Shown: positions 10,052 through 20,209 of the stretch, one piece after another
How the letters are laid out: each line of letters opens with the position of its first letter
Numbering within the stretch: position 1 is the stretch's first letter
DNA from: an uncultured Verrucomicrobiae bacterium
GTDB taxonomy: Bacteria; Verrucomicrobiota; Verrucomicrobiia; Chthoniobacterales; JAFAMB01
Assembly: GCA_963837955.1 (NCBI GenBank)
Contig: CAWIPH010000002.1
Location: 2,784,001-2,848,000, forward strand
Reading direction: 5' to 3'
DNA: 64,000 nt
Translations under genes and position numbers: made by a program
The notes under the pieces: model-generated
Database searches by the model: none
Told to the model about the DNA's origin: nothing
The model's input: only the letters and a program-made list of their open reading frames with translations

Positions 10052-10474
10052 ATGGAAAGGGAACAATCGATCGTCGATTTCGAGCGTATCATTCCAAATA
10101 CTGCGCTCGAGCCGCTGGACGCACACGTCATCTCGGTAGATCAAGACTCGCTCACTCTGCGTATGCCAATCACCGATGCAGCCCGGCAGCCGTTCGGATT
10201 GCTGCATGGCGGAATCAGTTTGTTGTTGGCGGAGAGCGCGGCCAGCATGCACTCCTGTTGGGGCATCGACCTCAATTCCGTGTTTCCGGTCGGTATCGAA
10301 ATCAATGGATCGCACTTGCGATCCGCATCTAGTGGATTCGTGCGAGCGACGGCCTACTTGTTGCGACGCTCCAAGACATTGGCAGTCCACGAAGTGAAAA
10401 TCTTGCACGAAGAAACGAACGAATTGCTCTGCGTCTGCCGAGTTACCAATTACTATAAACGGCGTGCTTCCTGA
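10052..10474 (+). CDS. PaaI/hotdog-fold thioesterase
   Basis: QPFGLLHGG...AESAAS, VGIEINGSHLRS. Confidence 0.9.
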   Translation: MEREQSIVDFERIIPNTALEPLDAHVISVDQDSLTLRMPITDAARQPFGLLHGGISLLLAESAASMHSCWGIDLNSVFPVGIEINGSHLRSASSGFVRATAYLLRRSKTLAVHEVKILHEETNELLCVCRVTNYYKRRAS

Positions 10475-10703
10475 CTAATCGTTGACCCCTTGAGGTTGAG
10501 GTCCGCTCGACGTTGTTCATCCCCTATCTCCTCTCCGGACGCCTGGTTTCTAACGGTTTGGTGTCCCATTGGGAGAGACAGGAAATAGGTTTCTCGATAC
10601 TGGGATTGTTTGGTTCCACGTTCGGGATCTAGTAACTCACGGCCATCTTTCGTGCCTAACCTAACGTTCTCTCTACGAGGCAGATCCGGATATTTGAAAA
10701 CCG

Positions 10704-10720
10704 TGGCACGAGCCCTGCAT
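10704..10720 (+). promoter_or_regulatory. Candidate sigma54 (-24/-12) promoter
   Basis: TGGCACG-AGCC-CTGCA with correct GG-to-GC spacing, 87 nt before ATG 10807. Confidence 0.5.
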
Positions 10721-10806
10721 GATTGCCCAACTCGACTTACGCGGTTCATTCCGCGAGGGATCAAATAAGAATGTCCAACTAACTGCCACTGTATCGGAGT
10801 GTATTT

Positions 10807-11901
10807 ATGCTCAGCCACAAACCAACGCCCAACCCTATTAGTTTCTGGAGACGATTTTGCGCCGTCGGGATAGTACTCGGGTTCATCTTGCAGCCCTTGT
10901 TATCGACCGCCAACATGCCGAGAGGCTATTGGACTTATACCGTTACCGACCTAGGCGACTTTGGCGGTGGCACCAGCCAAGCCAATGCGATCAATTCCTC
11001 TGGTCAAGTCGTCGGTTGGGCCAATACCGCCAACGGCCACCCTCATGCCTTTCTTTTTAGCGGCGGACAAATCCGAGATCTAGGAACCCTTCCTGGTTTC
11101 ATTTCGAGCACCGCCCAAGGGATCAACGCCTCGGGGCAGATCGTTGGTTGGTCCGGTGAGCTCTACGGCAACTCTCACGCCTTCCTTTACTCCGGCAGCC
11201 AGCTGCAGGATCTCGGGGGCCTAGGCGGTACTTACAATCATGCGAACGCAATTAACGACCTTGGCGTCGTTGTTGGCACCTCAACCGATTCCAACGGCTT
11301 CGTCCACGGCGTTAGCGATTATGGCGGCCAACTACTGCAACTTCCTCTCTACAATGCCAACGGCGTCAACAAAATGGGCCAGATCGTCGGCTATGGCAGC
11401 CAGCCAAATAATGATTATAGGGACGCGTTTGCGTACAATCCCGTGCACGGCCTACCTGTGTATCTTGGCGGTCTCAGTGGTATCTATAACACTGCATTAA
11501 GTGAAAACAACTCGGGCCAGGCAGTAGGCTGGAGCTGGATGGGCGTAGACGCGAATAACACACCAATCAAGCACGCCTTTCTATACGACGGCTGGGGTAA
11601 CATGCGAGATTTGGGCACACTAGGAGGCGAAAGTGCCCTCGCCTATGCCATCAACGACTACGGCGTAGTCGTGGGCTTTTCCAATGTCGCCAGCGGCGAT
11701 CAACACGCCTTTGAGTATAGCGGCCGGCAAATGCTGGATCTGAACAACCTTACCTCTGATCCAAGTTGGACCTTACAATCCGCGAACGGCATCAATAGCT
11801 CCGGTCAAATTGTCGGCTACGGTATTCACAACGGTCAGGGTCCGCGCGCTTTTTTATTCACTCCCGTTTTCCACTACTTGCCTCCGGTTTTTGGAAGATA
11901 A
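10807..11901 (+). CDS. Secreted HAF-repeat protein
   Basis: Signal peptide; repeated HAF...DLGTLGG..S.A..IN..GQVVG units. Confidence 0.9.
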   Translation: MLSHKPTPNPISFWRRFCAVGIVLGFILQPLLSTANMPRGYWTYTVTDLGDFGGGTSQANAINSSGQVVGWANTANGHPHAFLFSGGQIRDLGTLPGFISSTAQGINASGQIVGWSGELYGNSHAFLYSGSQLQDLGGLGGTYNHANAINDLGVVVGTSTDSNGFVHGVSDYGGQLLQLPLYNANGVNKMGQIVGYGSQPNNDYRDAFAYNPVHGLPVYLGGLSGIYNTALSENNSGQAVGWSWMGVDANNTPIKHAFLYDGWGNMRDLGTLGGESALAYAINDYGVVVGFSNVASGDQHAFEYSGRQMLDLNNLTSDPSWTLQSANGINSSGQIVGYGIHNGQGPRAFLFTPVFHYLPPVFGR

Positions 11902-11982
11902 AAAAGCGCAGAATACAGAACATAGTTTGGCGCACACGGGTCAGCCCTTATTGCGAACGACCCGAGCCTCTGGTTCGAAGCA

Positions 11983-12528
11983 TTAGTCCGCGTAGGCAGC
12001 AGCCCATTCTGGTAGATTTTTCTCGTAAGCTTGAACCGATGCCTCGGGCGGACCATTGTGCAGCGGAAAAAGCTCGATCGTCGCCGGCCCATGCGCTCCG
12101 CGTGACTTGATCACCACGCGGTCCCCATCTTTCGTGAAATCCCAAGCTTCGATAAAGCCTTTCGCGGATTGCAAATTCGCGATCACTTTGCCGCGGTCGC
12201 ACACGGCAACATGATCATTGATGTATAGCCCGTTGTAGTTAGCCAATGTTTTCCCGTCCGGGTTCAGCTTGTAGACTTCCCAACCGACGGCGCCCTTTGC
12301 TGAAACCTTTGGCTCGGCACAATTCCCTTTCAAAGTCCAGGTGTCCGTCGTTTGGTCAGCGTAGGTAACCATTACGTTGCCAATCTCATCTTCCGGACGC
12401 AAAGACTGATTGCGGACGACAGCAGCGTGCACTGGGAGTTTGAATTTTTCGGCTCCTTCATTTTGGCCGTAAAGAAGCGGAGCAGTCAGGAGCAAATAGA
12501 GCAAAGCGGTTTCTTTTCTTATCGGCAC
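11983..12528 (-). CDS. Hypothetical secreted protein
   Basis: Signal-peptide-like N-terminus, 181 aa. Confidence 0.65.
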   Translation of the reverse strand: MPIRKETALLYLLLTAPLLYGQNEGAEKFKLPVHAAVVRNQSLRPEDEIGNVMVTYADQTTDTWTLKGNCAEPKVSAKGAVGWEVYKLNPDGKTLANYNGLYINDHVAVCDRGKVIANLQSAKGFIEAWDFTKDGDRVVIKSRGAHGPATIELFPLHNGPPEASVQAYEKNLPEWAAAYAD

Positions 12529-12653
12529 GCCCCTCCGTTATAATGCATCACCACCTGATGTTACAAGGCCGGCATCAGATCCGAATCACGCGTCGACGGG
12601 CGCACCCAATCCTGTAGACTATACGCCTACCTGTCCGAGCGATGGATCCGTGA

Positions 12654-14090
12654 TCAATCGATTTTCCCCAAAGGTTCATTGTTCGATCCAAGTCTTTGAT
12701 CCCCCATAGACGGAATGAATCGGATCGCTAACAACGTACCGATTAGGCATACCACACCCGAGATTACCATCCCAGTCCGAAAGCCGCTAACGAAGCTGTG
12801 ACCGGTTGAAAGCAATGAACCCAAAACCGCAACTCCGGCGGCCGCGCCGGTCTGGCGGCCTGCGTTAAGGGTGGCCGAAGCCAAACCGACTTGCGATCTA
12901 TCGACCGAAGCTAGCACAATGGATGTTACCGGCGGAAGTATGAGAGGTACTCCAGCTCCAATACTCAGTAGCGGCAGCAAAATAACCGCGTAGCCGGCGT
13001 TCTCATTCGTCGCAAACGCGAGCCAGAAAAAACCGAACGTCGCGACGACGAATCCCGCAACCATCGGAAAACGCACTCCTCGTTCGGCCGCCAACCGTCC
13101 AGCGGCAATGTTCATCACCGTCAATAGGCCAGTCGCTGGTAGGAAGGCGAGGCCAGTTTGCATCGGTGTGTAGTGGCGAACCTGCTGGAAATAGAGGCTG
13201 AGCGTAAAGATCAATCCATAAAACGCAAAGCTTAGGAGGAAACCAAGTGAGGTCGCGACCGAGAAATGGACGGATCGGAAGAGCGTCAGCGGTAGCATCG
13301 GATCGGATTGTCGAGTCTCAATCGCAAAAAACAGGAGCGACAAGACGACGAACGCGACAATCAGACCTATGATCGTCAGCGAAAACCATCCCCAGTTTGT
13401 TCCTTCAATTAGAACCGTAGTCAATACGGCCAGAGCAAATAGGCTAGTTAGTTGCCCACCGAGGTCGATTTTTCGGCCACGCACTGGTTTTTCCTCTTGT
13501 ATATATCGGATCGTCAGGAGTAGAGCCACCAAACCGATCGGCAAGTTGACGAAGAAAATGCTTCGCCAACCGAACGTATCCACCAGAAGCCCACCGATCA
13601 GGGGTCCGGCAGCTACCGAGACTCCGCCGCTACCTGCCCACCAGCCGAAGGCCTTCGCCCGCTGAGCGGGATCATCGAATGCATGATTCAATAGCGTTAA
13701 CGAGCAAGGAATAATCAGTGCGGCGCCCACTCCCTGAACAACGCGGGCTGTGATCAGTCCTGCCAAGCTGGTGGCCGCACCACAGAAAACAGAGGATAGC
13801 GTGAACAAAACAAACCCGGCCGCAAACACCCGCTTGTTGCCATAGCGATCGCCCGCGGTGCCCGCACTCAGCAGGAAACTGGCAAACGCCAATGTGTAGG
13901 CATCAACAATCCATTGTAAATCACTGACCTTGCCGCCCAGCCCTTCCGAGATCCGGTGCAACGCTACATTTACAATCGAAACATCGAGCAACACCACGAC
14001 ACATCCCAGGCAGGTGATGAACGCGGTAAAATTTGGCCGGCCGCCTTCGAAACCTTTGGCGTTGACGACGCTTTCGCAAGAATCTGACAT
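12654..14090 (-). CDS. MFS drug:H+ antiporter (DHA2, 14 TM)
   Basis: LDVSIVNVAL, WIVDAY, GDRYGNKR, WRSIFFVNLP. Confidence 0.93.
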   Translation of the reverse strand: MSDSCESVVNAKGFEGGRPNFTAFITCLGCVVVLLDVSIVNVALHRISEGLGGKVSDLQWIVDAYTLAFASFLLSAGTAGDRYGNKRVFAAGFVLFTLSSVFCGAATSLAGLITARVVQGVGAALIIPCSLTLLNHAFDDPAQRAKAFGWWAGSGGVSVAAGPLIGGLLVDTFGWRSIFFVNLPIGLVALLLTIRYIQEEKPVRGRKIDLGGQLTSLFALAVLTTVLIEGTNWGWFSLTIIGLIVAFVVLSLLFFAIETRQSDPMLPLTLFRSVHFSVATSLGFLLSFAFYGLIFTLSLYFQQVRHYTPMQTGLAFLPATGLLTVMNIAAGRLAAERGVRFPMVAGFVVATFGFFWLAFATNENAGYAVILLPLLSIGAGVPLILPPVTSIVLASVDRSQVGLASATLNAGRQTGAAAGVAVLGSLLSTGHSFVSGFRTGMVISGVVCLIGTLLAIRFIPSMGDQRLGSNNEPLGKID

Positions 14091-14139
14091 TTACGGATGC
14101 TGGCTCGCTGCTTTTCGAAAAAGCGCAATCAGCGGATCA

Positions 14140-14586
14140 CTAGTCCAAATAATTGCCAATTTCCCTTCCCTCGTCAGCATCATATAAATCAAAAAAGGTT
14201 TGAATATCCGAGCGGTCTTTGAATCCGAGCTCACACTTCCAGCGATTTAATGAGGGAGCGGCTTTATCGCGCCAGCCGCGTTTTGCCATGAACGAATTCC
14301 AAATCATAACCTCCTCCTGAGTCGGGTGTTTTCCTGTTTCATAAGCCCATCGCAAAATCTCCTCGTCCGAATGGCCTAAACGTACTCGGTTCACAGCTTC
14401 CGCGTACTCGATTTGCAGGAATCGACAGCAATTGCCATCAAACCAAATCGGATTTTGATCCCCAAGATTGTAGCCTGCGGGAAGCTTATTTTGGTCGGAC
14501 AGACGAATCTTGTCGAGCATCCTGCCGAAATAAACCAGGCCACCCACTTTGGTGTATGCGCTTCGCAAACCGTCTACCACTGCCAT
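14140..14586 (-). CDS. DUF5069-like protein
   Basis: LRSAY.KVGGLVYFGRMLDKIRL...DADEGR. Confidence 0.8.
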   Translation of the reverse strand: MAVVDGLRSAYTKVGGLVYFGRMLDKIRLSDQNKLPAGYNLGDQNPIWFDGNCCRFLQIEYAEAVNRVRLGHSDEEILRWAYETGKHPTQEEVMIWNSFMAKRGWRDKAAPSLNRWKCELGFKDRSDIQTFFDLYDADEGREIGNYLD

Positions 14587-14733
14587 GACAGTAGCGATTA
14601 CAAGAGCTCGCCAAGCCAAACTGTCAACAGGGAGGCATGACGTATTCCTATCCACTGATCCTGAGACTCAAGCCGTTAAACGACGTTCCTCAACCGCGAA
14701 TGGATACTAATGAGCGCATCAGCCTCTGCTTCC

Positions 14734-15384
14734 TCAGAAGATGCCGGACGCGCCAGCGAAGTTGGCTCCGTACGGAATTGTCTCTTCGCGCCGAAATGCA
14801 ATGTGCAAGCCCTTGCCAACCGGTACGGTTGCAGTGACAAAATCGGGTAGCTCCGCAATCGTCGCTATGTATGCTTCAACCTCTTGCGGATGAGACAAGA
14901 CGTTATCGGCCAGCAGCAAAACGTCGGGCTCCAATTTTGGTAACAGGATCTTCAATTGTTCCGGCGCGCTCACTCGGTCCGCATCAAAGAAAACACAATC
15001 GAAAGGTCCGGCTAGGTCATCGACCACCTCGGTCGCGGAACCTTGGATCACTTGCACCATGAAGCTAAGGTTAGCGTGCGCGATATTCCTGCGCGCGCCC
15101 GCCACCTTAAGCGGGTCCTGCTCGATCGTGGTCAAAGGAACGGCTCCGTCAATCGATTGCAGAGTAGCGCCTATGAGGATTGCACTGAAGCCGTTCGAAG
15201 TGCCGATCTCCAGTACACGCTTCCTTCCGCTGCTGAGAAGCAAAATATGAATAAGCTCGGCGGTGGTTCGTTCGAGGTTGAGCATCTTGTGCTTGCGCTC
15301 GGCCTGTGCGGGATCATGAGAAAGACCAAACCGCTCGACCTCGTCGAGGACGCGCATGACCGGTGGTTCAAAATTCAGGCTCAT
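14734..15384 (-). CDS. Class I SAM-dependent O-methyltransferase
   Basis: VLEIGTSNGFS, FFDADR, ADNVLSH. Confidence 0.9.
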   Translation of the reverse strand: MSLNFEPPVMRVLDEVERFGLSHDPAQAERKHKMLNLERTTAELIHILLLSSGRKRVLEIGTSNGFSAILIGATLQSIDGAVPLTTIEQDPLKVAGARRNIAHANLSFMVQVIQGSATEVVDDLAGPFDCVFFDADRVSAPEQLKILLPKLEPDVLLLADNVLSHPQEVEAYIATIAELPDFVTATVPVGKGLHIAFRREETIPYGANFAGASGIF

Positions 15385-15455
15385 CTTTTTCAGTGAACAA
15401 ATGGGTATTTTCTCCAGTTTTGCAAACCGCGAATCGACACAACTAAGCAACGATT

Positions 15456-15665
15456 GGTAGGGCGAAAGCCTGATCCCGTCTCAGCGGGATCGGCTTGAGC
15501 CATTTGTGTCTTACCCAAAGCGATCGTTTGTTCGCTTATCCTCATACCTGCCGATAAACCACAGAACACGACGCATCAGCGATCGTTCCGCACGCGGCTC
15601 AAACCCGGCGCGGCCATGCAATAAACATCACAACGTTTCCGGCGCGCCGAGGTTTTCGCCCTACC
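15456..15665. repeat. GTAG-family REPIN-like element
   Basis: GGTAGGGCGAAAGCC ... GGTTTTCGCCCTACC, internal hairpin GATCCCG/CGGGATC. Confidence 0.65.
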
Positions 15666-15711
15666 GGCATCAAGCGTTGGCGCGGCTAACGGAACGGGTG
15701 TTAGTTATGGA

Positions 15712-16947
15712 ATGGACTCTCAGGAGGCCACCGCGGTAGATGTGCGCGCGGAGCCGCATTCGGAAGGGCCGGTGGGAGAAAGTCCGATGCATCCGGCGGC
15801 CGGCGAATGTATTCAAGGGTTTCAAATCGTTGGATTAGCCCCTGATCAAGGTGCGGAAAGTGATTTGTATCTGGTGCTGGATCCAGACCATCGGAAATGT
15901 GTTCTCAAGCTTTATCGACCTGGTGTGCAACCGGGCACAGCGGTCGATGAGAGACAGGTTCGGCATCCGCGCATCGTCTCTGCACTGTTAACCGGCTCTT
16001 GGAATGGACGCCCATACGAGATCGCACCTTATTTCGAGAGCGGCAGTTTGGCGCATCTGATCCAAAGGGATGGCCCACTCAAACCGTCAATCGCCAGATT
16101 GCTACTGCGGCAGTTGGTTGAGGCGTTGGGCGTGCTGCATCGCGCGGGCATTCAGCACCGCGATCTCAAACCATCCAACATTCTGATCAGAAGCGAAACT
16201 CCCCTTGAAATCGTGCTAACCGATTTCGGTTCGTCTGCGCTTGCCAACATGACGCTGCTGACCCAAGTGCGGACAACCCTCGCCTATGCAGCCCCGGAGA
16301 CTCTTACCGGCATGTACTCTCGGGCGAGCGATTATTGGTCCCTCGGCATCATCTTGATCGAAATGCTCACCGGGCAGAATCCGCTACGGTGGTTTGGCTC
16401 CTCCAAGATCGCGGGATACCAAATCGTTCAAGGCAAAATCCCGATCCCCGATAATTTGCCGGCCGAATGGCAACTCTTGCTGAAAGGCCTCTTGGAACGA
16501 GACCATTATAAGCGTTGGGACGAGAGTCGAATCGTGCGTTGGCTGACCGAGACAGATGAGGGTGCGGTGCGAACGAATTCCTATCGCCGGGTTATTCTCG
16601 CTGGAGCTGCGGCGGCAGTCATCGCGCTCGGGTGTTTGATCGGCACCGAAATCTGGCAGTCCGCGCATGTTAAGCATGTGCCTCCCGCTGCATCAGCATT
16701 GAGCAGTCTCAATCCTGCTCAACCTTCTGTATCTATCGAAAAACAGCTGCTCACCCAACCGCTCGACATCAAAACGAATCCCTGGTTCCGAATCGCACTC
16801 TCTGCATTTGCTTGGATCCTGGCGATCGGTCTGGTTCTGGCCGGCTTTGGCCATTGTATCGCCGGAACTCCGCACGGCCTCGGCTTCATCTGCGGCGGCG
16901 TTGCCCTCGCGGCCCTTGCTTTTTATCTTCCGCAGTTGTTGCAATGA
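15712..16947 (+). CDS. Hanks-type Ser/Thr protein kinase with C-terminal membrane segments
   Basis: VLKLY, HRDLKPSN, DFG, YAAPE, DYWSLG; three hydrophobic segments after the kinase domain. Confidence 0.9.
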   Translation: MDSQEATAVDVRAEPHSEGPVGESPMHPAAGECIQGFQIVGLAPDQGAESDLYLVLDPDHRKCVLKLYRPGVQPGTAVDERQVRHPRIVSALLTGSWNGRPYEIAPYFESGSLAHLIQRDGPLKPSIARLLLRQLVEALGVLHRAGIQHRDLKPSNILIRSETPLEIVLTDFGSSALANMTLLTQVRTTLAYAAPETLTGMYSRASDYWSLGIILIEMLTGQNPLRWFGSSKIAGYQIVQGKIPIPDNLPAEWQLLLKGLLERDHYKRWDESRIVRWLTETDEGAVRTNSYRRVILAGAAAAVIALGCLIGTEIWQSAHVKHVPPAASALSSLNPAQPSVSIEKQLLTQPLDIKTNPWFRIALSAFAWILAIGLVLAGFGHCIAGTPHGLGFICGGVALAALAFYLPQLLQ

Positions 16948-16986
16948 TTAGACAGCTTCCCTGCGGCGCTCAGATTGTAGCTGTAT

Positions 16987-17036
16987 CACGCCAAGGCGGG
17001 ATCAAAAAACTCACGCTAAGACGCCAAGACGCAAAG
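16987..17036 (-). repeat. Tandem-octamer (CTTTGCGT) repeat, inverted copy of 25806-25855
   Basis: Reverse complement matches 25806-25855 at 44/50 positions by manual alignment. Confidence 0.8.
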
Positions 17037-17127
17037 CCTTCAAATTCGAAGTAATAGAGTCTGAGACCAGTGCATACTTCACGTGCGAAGAGCATCCACC
17101 ACCTCTTGCGCTATTTTACAAGCTCCG

Positions 17128-17244
17128 CTAGCACTTCCATACGAATTCAAGCGAACGACCACTTTCCAGAGGACTCTTGAGACTACTCAAGACGCCGGCC
17201 ATCCTGCGCGTTGCGTCAGCCAGTGCCTTAAATACCTCGTCCAT
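17128..17244 (-). pseudogene. Internally deleted ArsR-SRPBCC(AHSA1-like) remnant
   Basis: MDEVFKALADATRR joined to (GWPA)VLSSLKSPLESGRSL; upstream palindrome ATGCAAC-N6-GTGGCAT at 17261-17280. Confidence 0.65.
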
Positions 17245-17630
17245 TTCACAGCCGGGAATTATGCCACCATTTAGTTGCATGTTCAAGGCGCTTCTACCTA
17301 AACCAGTTTAGACCGGAGACAAAAGAGAAAGACCGAGCCCATCAATTTTAACAAAGCAGGGATCACCACACGACAGGCTGTTGCCCGATAGGGCGTATTT
17401 GATAGGGGGACGAGGCCTAATCAGGAGTTATGAATCTCGGTCTAGCAGAAATTACACCACAGCGATTACACCAGTGATAAATTCCAGCAATGTTGTTGAC
17501 GGCTTGGGATCGTTTTGATAGCAATTTTTCCCTCACGGAAAGCTACTGGCGGTTAAAGTCATAGTCGCTAATTTCTGGTTGCCTTATCGATTATTTCGCC
17601 GGGGCGTGCCGTCAGAACCAGGGCCCCCCC

Positions 17631-18605
17631 ATGAATCAAAAGATAACAATCGCAACGGCATCCACCGCTGAGTATTTTCATTTTGTTCAGGGAATGATTT
17701 TGTCCGTCAGGGAAAAACCTCAGAGTAGGGACCTTCACATTTCCTTGTACGATCTCGGTTTGACGACGGAGCAACTGGCTTGGATGAAGGATTACGTCAA
17801 TAATATCGTCAAACCGGAGTGGGAGTTTGGCCTTTCAGAGAAAGACGGGTTTCGCGAGCCGTTTAAGGCGATTCTGGCCAAACCACTATTGCGCAAGTAT
17901 TTCCCGGGCTACGACATTTACCTACACCTGGATGCGGACGCTTGGGTGCAGGACTGGTTCGCAATTGATACCTACCTCGCCGGCGCCCAGAAAGGGGCCC
18001 TCGCCATTACCCCGGAGATTCACCGCGCGTACAGCGCCAACTACACCGCCAGCAGGGAATTCCACAGCTTCATCGTGGAGCTCTATGCCGGAACTTGGGG
18101 CGAGGAATACGTGAAAAAATACTCCTACTACCCTATTCTGAATGCAGGCGTTTTCGCGATGCCTAAGGATTCCCCGATTTGGGGATTATGGGAGGAAAAC
18201 ATTCGATTCTCGCTGACCAAAGGCCGCCACCACTGCATCGAACAGGCCGCGTTGAACCTGGCGGTATTCGAACATCCCGATCAGTTTCATTACGACGCAC
18301 CAGATAAAAAAAACATCCATTTACTGTCGGCCAGTTGCAACTGGCTATGCCATCAATGCCTACCACTGTTTGACAAAGAACGGGACGCGTTTGTGGAACC
18401 TTACTTGCCGTACGCGAAGCTGGGCATCATTCATCGTTCATCGGACAATTTCAAAGGCCAGAAATCCGCACCCATCTACACCACGGATGGTGGGAATATC
18501 GTCTGTAATCTCAAGTACAAGGAAGGGACGTATGACACGATCGTCGAGTCCGTAGAACCCGAGAATTTGAGTGATTGGCAGGGACGAGGCGGGAAAAAAT
18601 TCTGA
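17631..18605 (+). CDS. GT-A fold glycosyltransferase (GT8-like)
   Basis: YDLGL, LDADAW (DxD), LNAGVF, EQAALN motifs. Confidence 0.8.
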   Translation: MNQKITIATASTAEYFHFVQGMILSVREKPQSRDLHISLYDLGLTTEQLAWMKDYVNNIVKPEWEFGLSEKDGFREPFKAILAKPLLRKYFPGYDIYLHLDADAWVQDWFAIDTYLAGAQKGALAITPEIHRAYSANYTASREFHSFIVELYAGTWGEEYVKKYSYYPILNAGVFAMPKDSPIWGLWEENIRFSLTKGRHHCIEQAALNLAVFEHPDQFHYDAPDKKNIHLLSASCNWLCHQCLPLFDKERDAFVEPYLPYAKLGIIHRSSDNFKGQKSAPIYTTDGGNIVCNLKYKEGTYDTIVESVEPENLSDWQGRGGKKF

Positions 18606-18922
18606 GTTTTCCGCCGGTCCAGGGACTGCGGGCGGGCCGGTGCGCATCGGTTTTTCGATAGCCACAACATGGACGATTCCTCCACAATCAACAGCACCTG
18701 CACCCGCTGCAGGCCGGGTTCGCAGGTCCCCAAAAAGCTGGAAGGTTGGCTGGAATCGGGTTGGGTTGTTGGGACTGGAAGCGAACGTCACTGGGAGCGG
18801 CCGGTGAGGAGGTTGAGCATCCAATTCTGGGACCCCAAACCATGGAACCTGCTCACGAAATGGCCGGTCTATGCCTCCGAGTGCAAGAAGGCGGTCAAAG
18901 CGCCTCAACACTGCCTCTTCGA

Positions 18923-20209
18923 ATGATGCCACCGTCTGCGAGAACCCAGGATTCAAGCCCGGCGGCAATCGCCCCTCTCTTGCTTCTCATCTTGATCGAC
19001 GCAATCGGGTTCGCCATGTTGACGCCGCTCCTGGCATCGGCGCTTGCGCCGGGCTCAAACGCGGCACTCCAAAATGGGCTTTCCGCGAATGCACGTAATC
19101 TTGTGTACGGCTTCGCCACGGGCCTCTACCCGATAATGACGTTTTTCGGTGCGCCAGTCCTCGGCCAGCTTTCCGATCGCGTCGGTCGCAAGGTCATCCT
19201 CCTCGTTTGCGCGGGCGGGATTGTGGCGAGCTACATCACGATCAGCGCAGCCTTCGCATGGGGATCGGTTTCGCTCCTGATGGCGGGTCGGTTCCTCGGA
19301 GGGCTCACCGCCGCTAGCCAGGCGATCTCCCTCGCAGCGCTCGTCGACGTCTGCCGTCCTCAGCGGAAAGATTTCTGGCTCAGCATGGGATTGCTTTCTT
19401 CTTCGCTCGGGTTTGTCATTGGGCCGGCTCTCAGCGGTTTGCTATCCGATGCGCAAATCGTCTCGTGGTTTAATCTTCTGACGCCCCTGTACGGGACCGC
19501 GCTCCTGGCTGGGGTGAATTTTGTGCTCCTGGCATGGCTTTTTCACGAGCCGGGCAAGACCGTCCGGCCTTCGGTGAAGCGGCTTCCCTTTTCCGTGATC
19601 AGCGGATTTCGAAGCCTTGCCTCCGCGTTTGCATCGCCCGGAGCGCTCCGGCAAGTTTCCCGGGTGTTTCTGCTCCAAGAAATGGCCTGGGGCGCCTATT
19701 TCTACTTCGTTCCGGTCTTCCTGCTCAATCGCTTTGCGGTGACCGGCACAGAAGCAAGCCTGTTCATGTCGGTCATGGGCATCGGTTTCTGCCTCAGTTT
19801 CGCGGTCGCGATGCCATTCCTTACGAAACGCTACTCCACCCGGGACATCACGCGATGGAGCCTGTTTGTTACCTCGGCATTCCTCGTCGGCAGCGTCCTT
19901 GCCCCTTCGATGCTGCTCGAATGGGTATTGATTCTGCCGATCTCCGTCGCGGTTGCCGTGAGTTATGGGGCGCTGATTATTCTCTTTACCGACATCGCCA
20001 CCGAAGATAGCAAAGGCGAAATCATGGGCATCACGGCTGCCATCAACGCGTTTTCCTTTGGAATGATTTCCTTCTTCGGCGGTCTGATTGAAGGTCTCAA
20101 CATTGCAGCCTCGCTCATCGCATCGGTTGTTCTGATGACATTGAGCTGGTTCGTTTTCAACATTCAAAAACCCCAACCAACCACTATGCAAACCGAGCAA
20201 ACGCTATGA
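18923..20209 (+). CDS. MFS transporter (DHA1/TetA-like)
   Basis: APVLGQLSDRVGRK motif A, GRFLGG, GFVIGPALSG; stop overlaps rfbF start. Confidence 0.88.
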   Translation: MMPPSARTQDSSPAAIAPLLLLILIDAIGFAMLTPLLASALAPGSNAALQNGLSANARNLVYGFATGLYPIMTFFGAPVLGQLSDRVGRKVILLVCAGGIVASYITISAAFAWGSVSLLMAGRFLGGLTAASQAISLAALVDVCRPQRKDFWLSMGLLSSSLGFVIGPALSGLLSDAQIVSWFNLLTPLYGTALLAGVNFVLLAWLFHEPGKTVRPSVKRLPFSVISGFRSLASAFASPGALRQVSRVFLLQEMAWGAYFYFVPVFLLNRFAVTGTEASLFMSVMGIGFCLSFAVAMPFLTKRYSTRDITRWSLFVTSAFLVGSVLAPSMLLEWVLILPISVAVAVSYGALIILFTDIATEDSKGEIMGITAAINAFSFGMISFFGGLIEGLNIAASLIASVVLMTLSWFVFNIQKPQPTTMQTEQTL

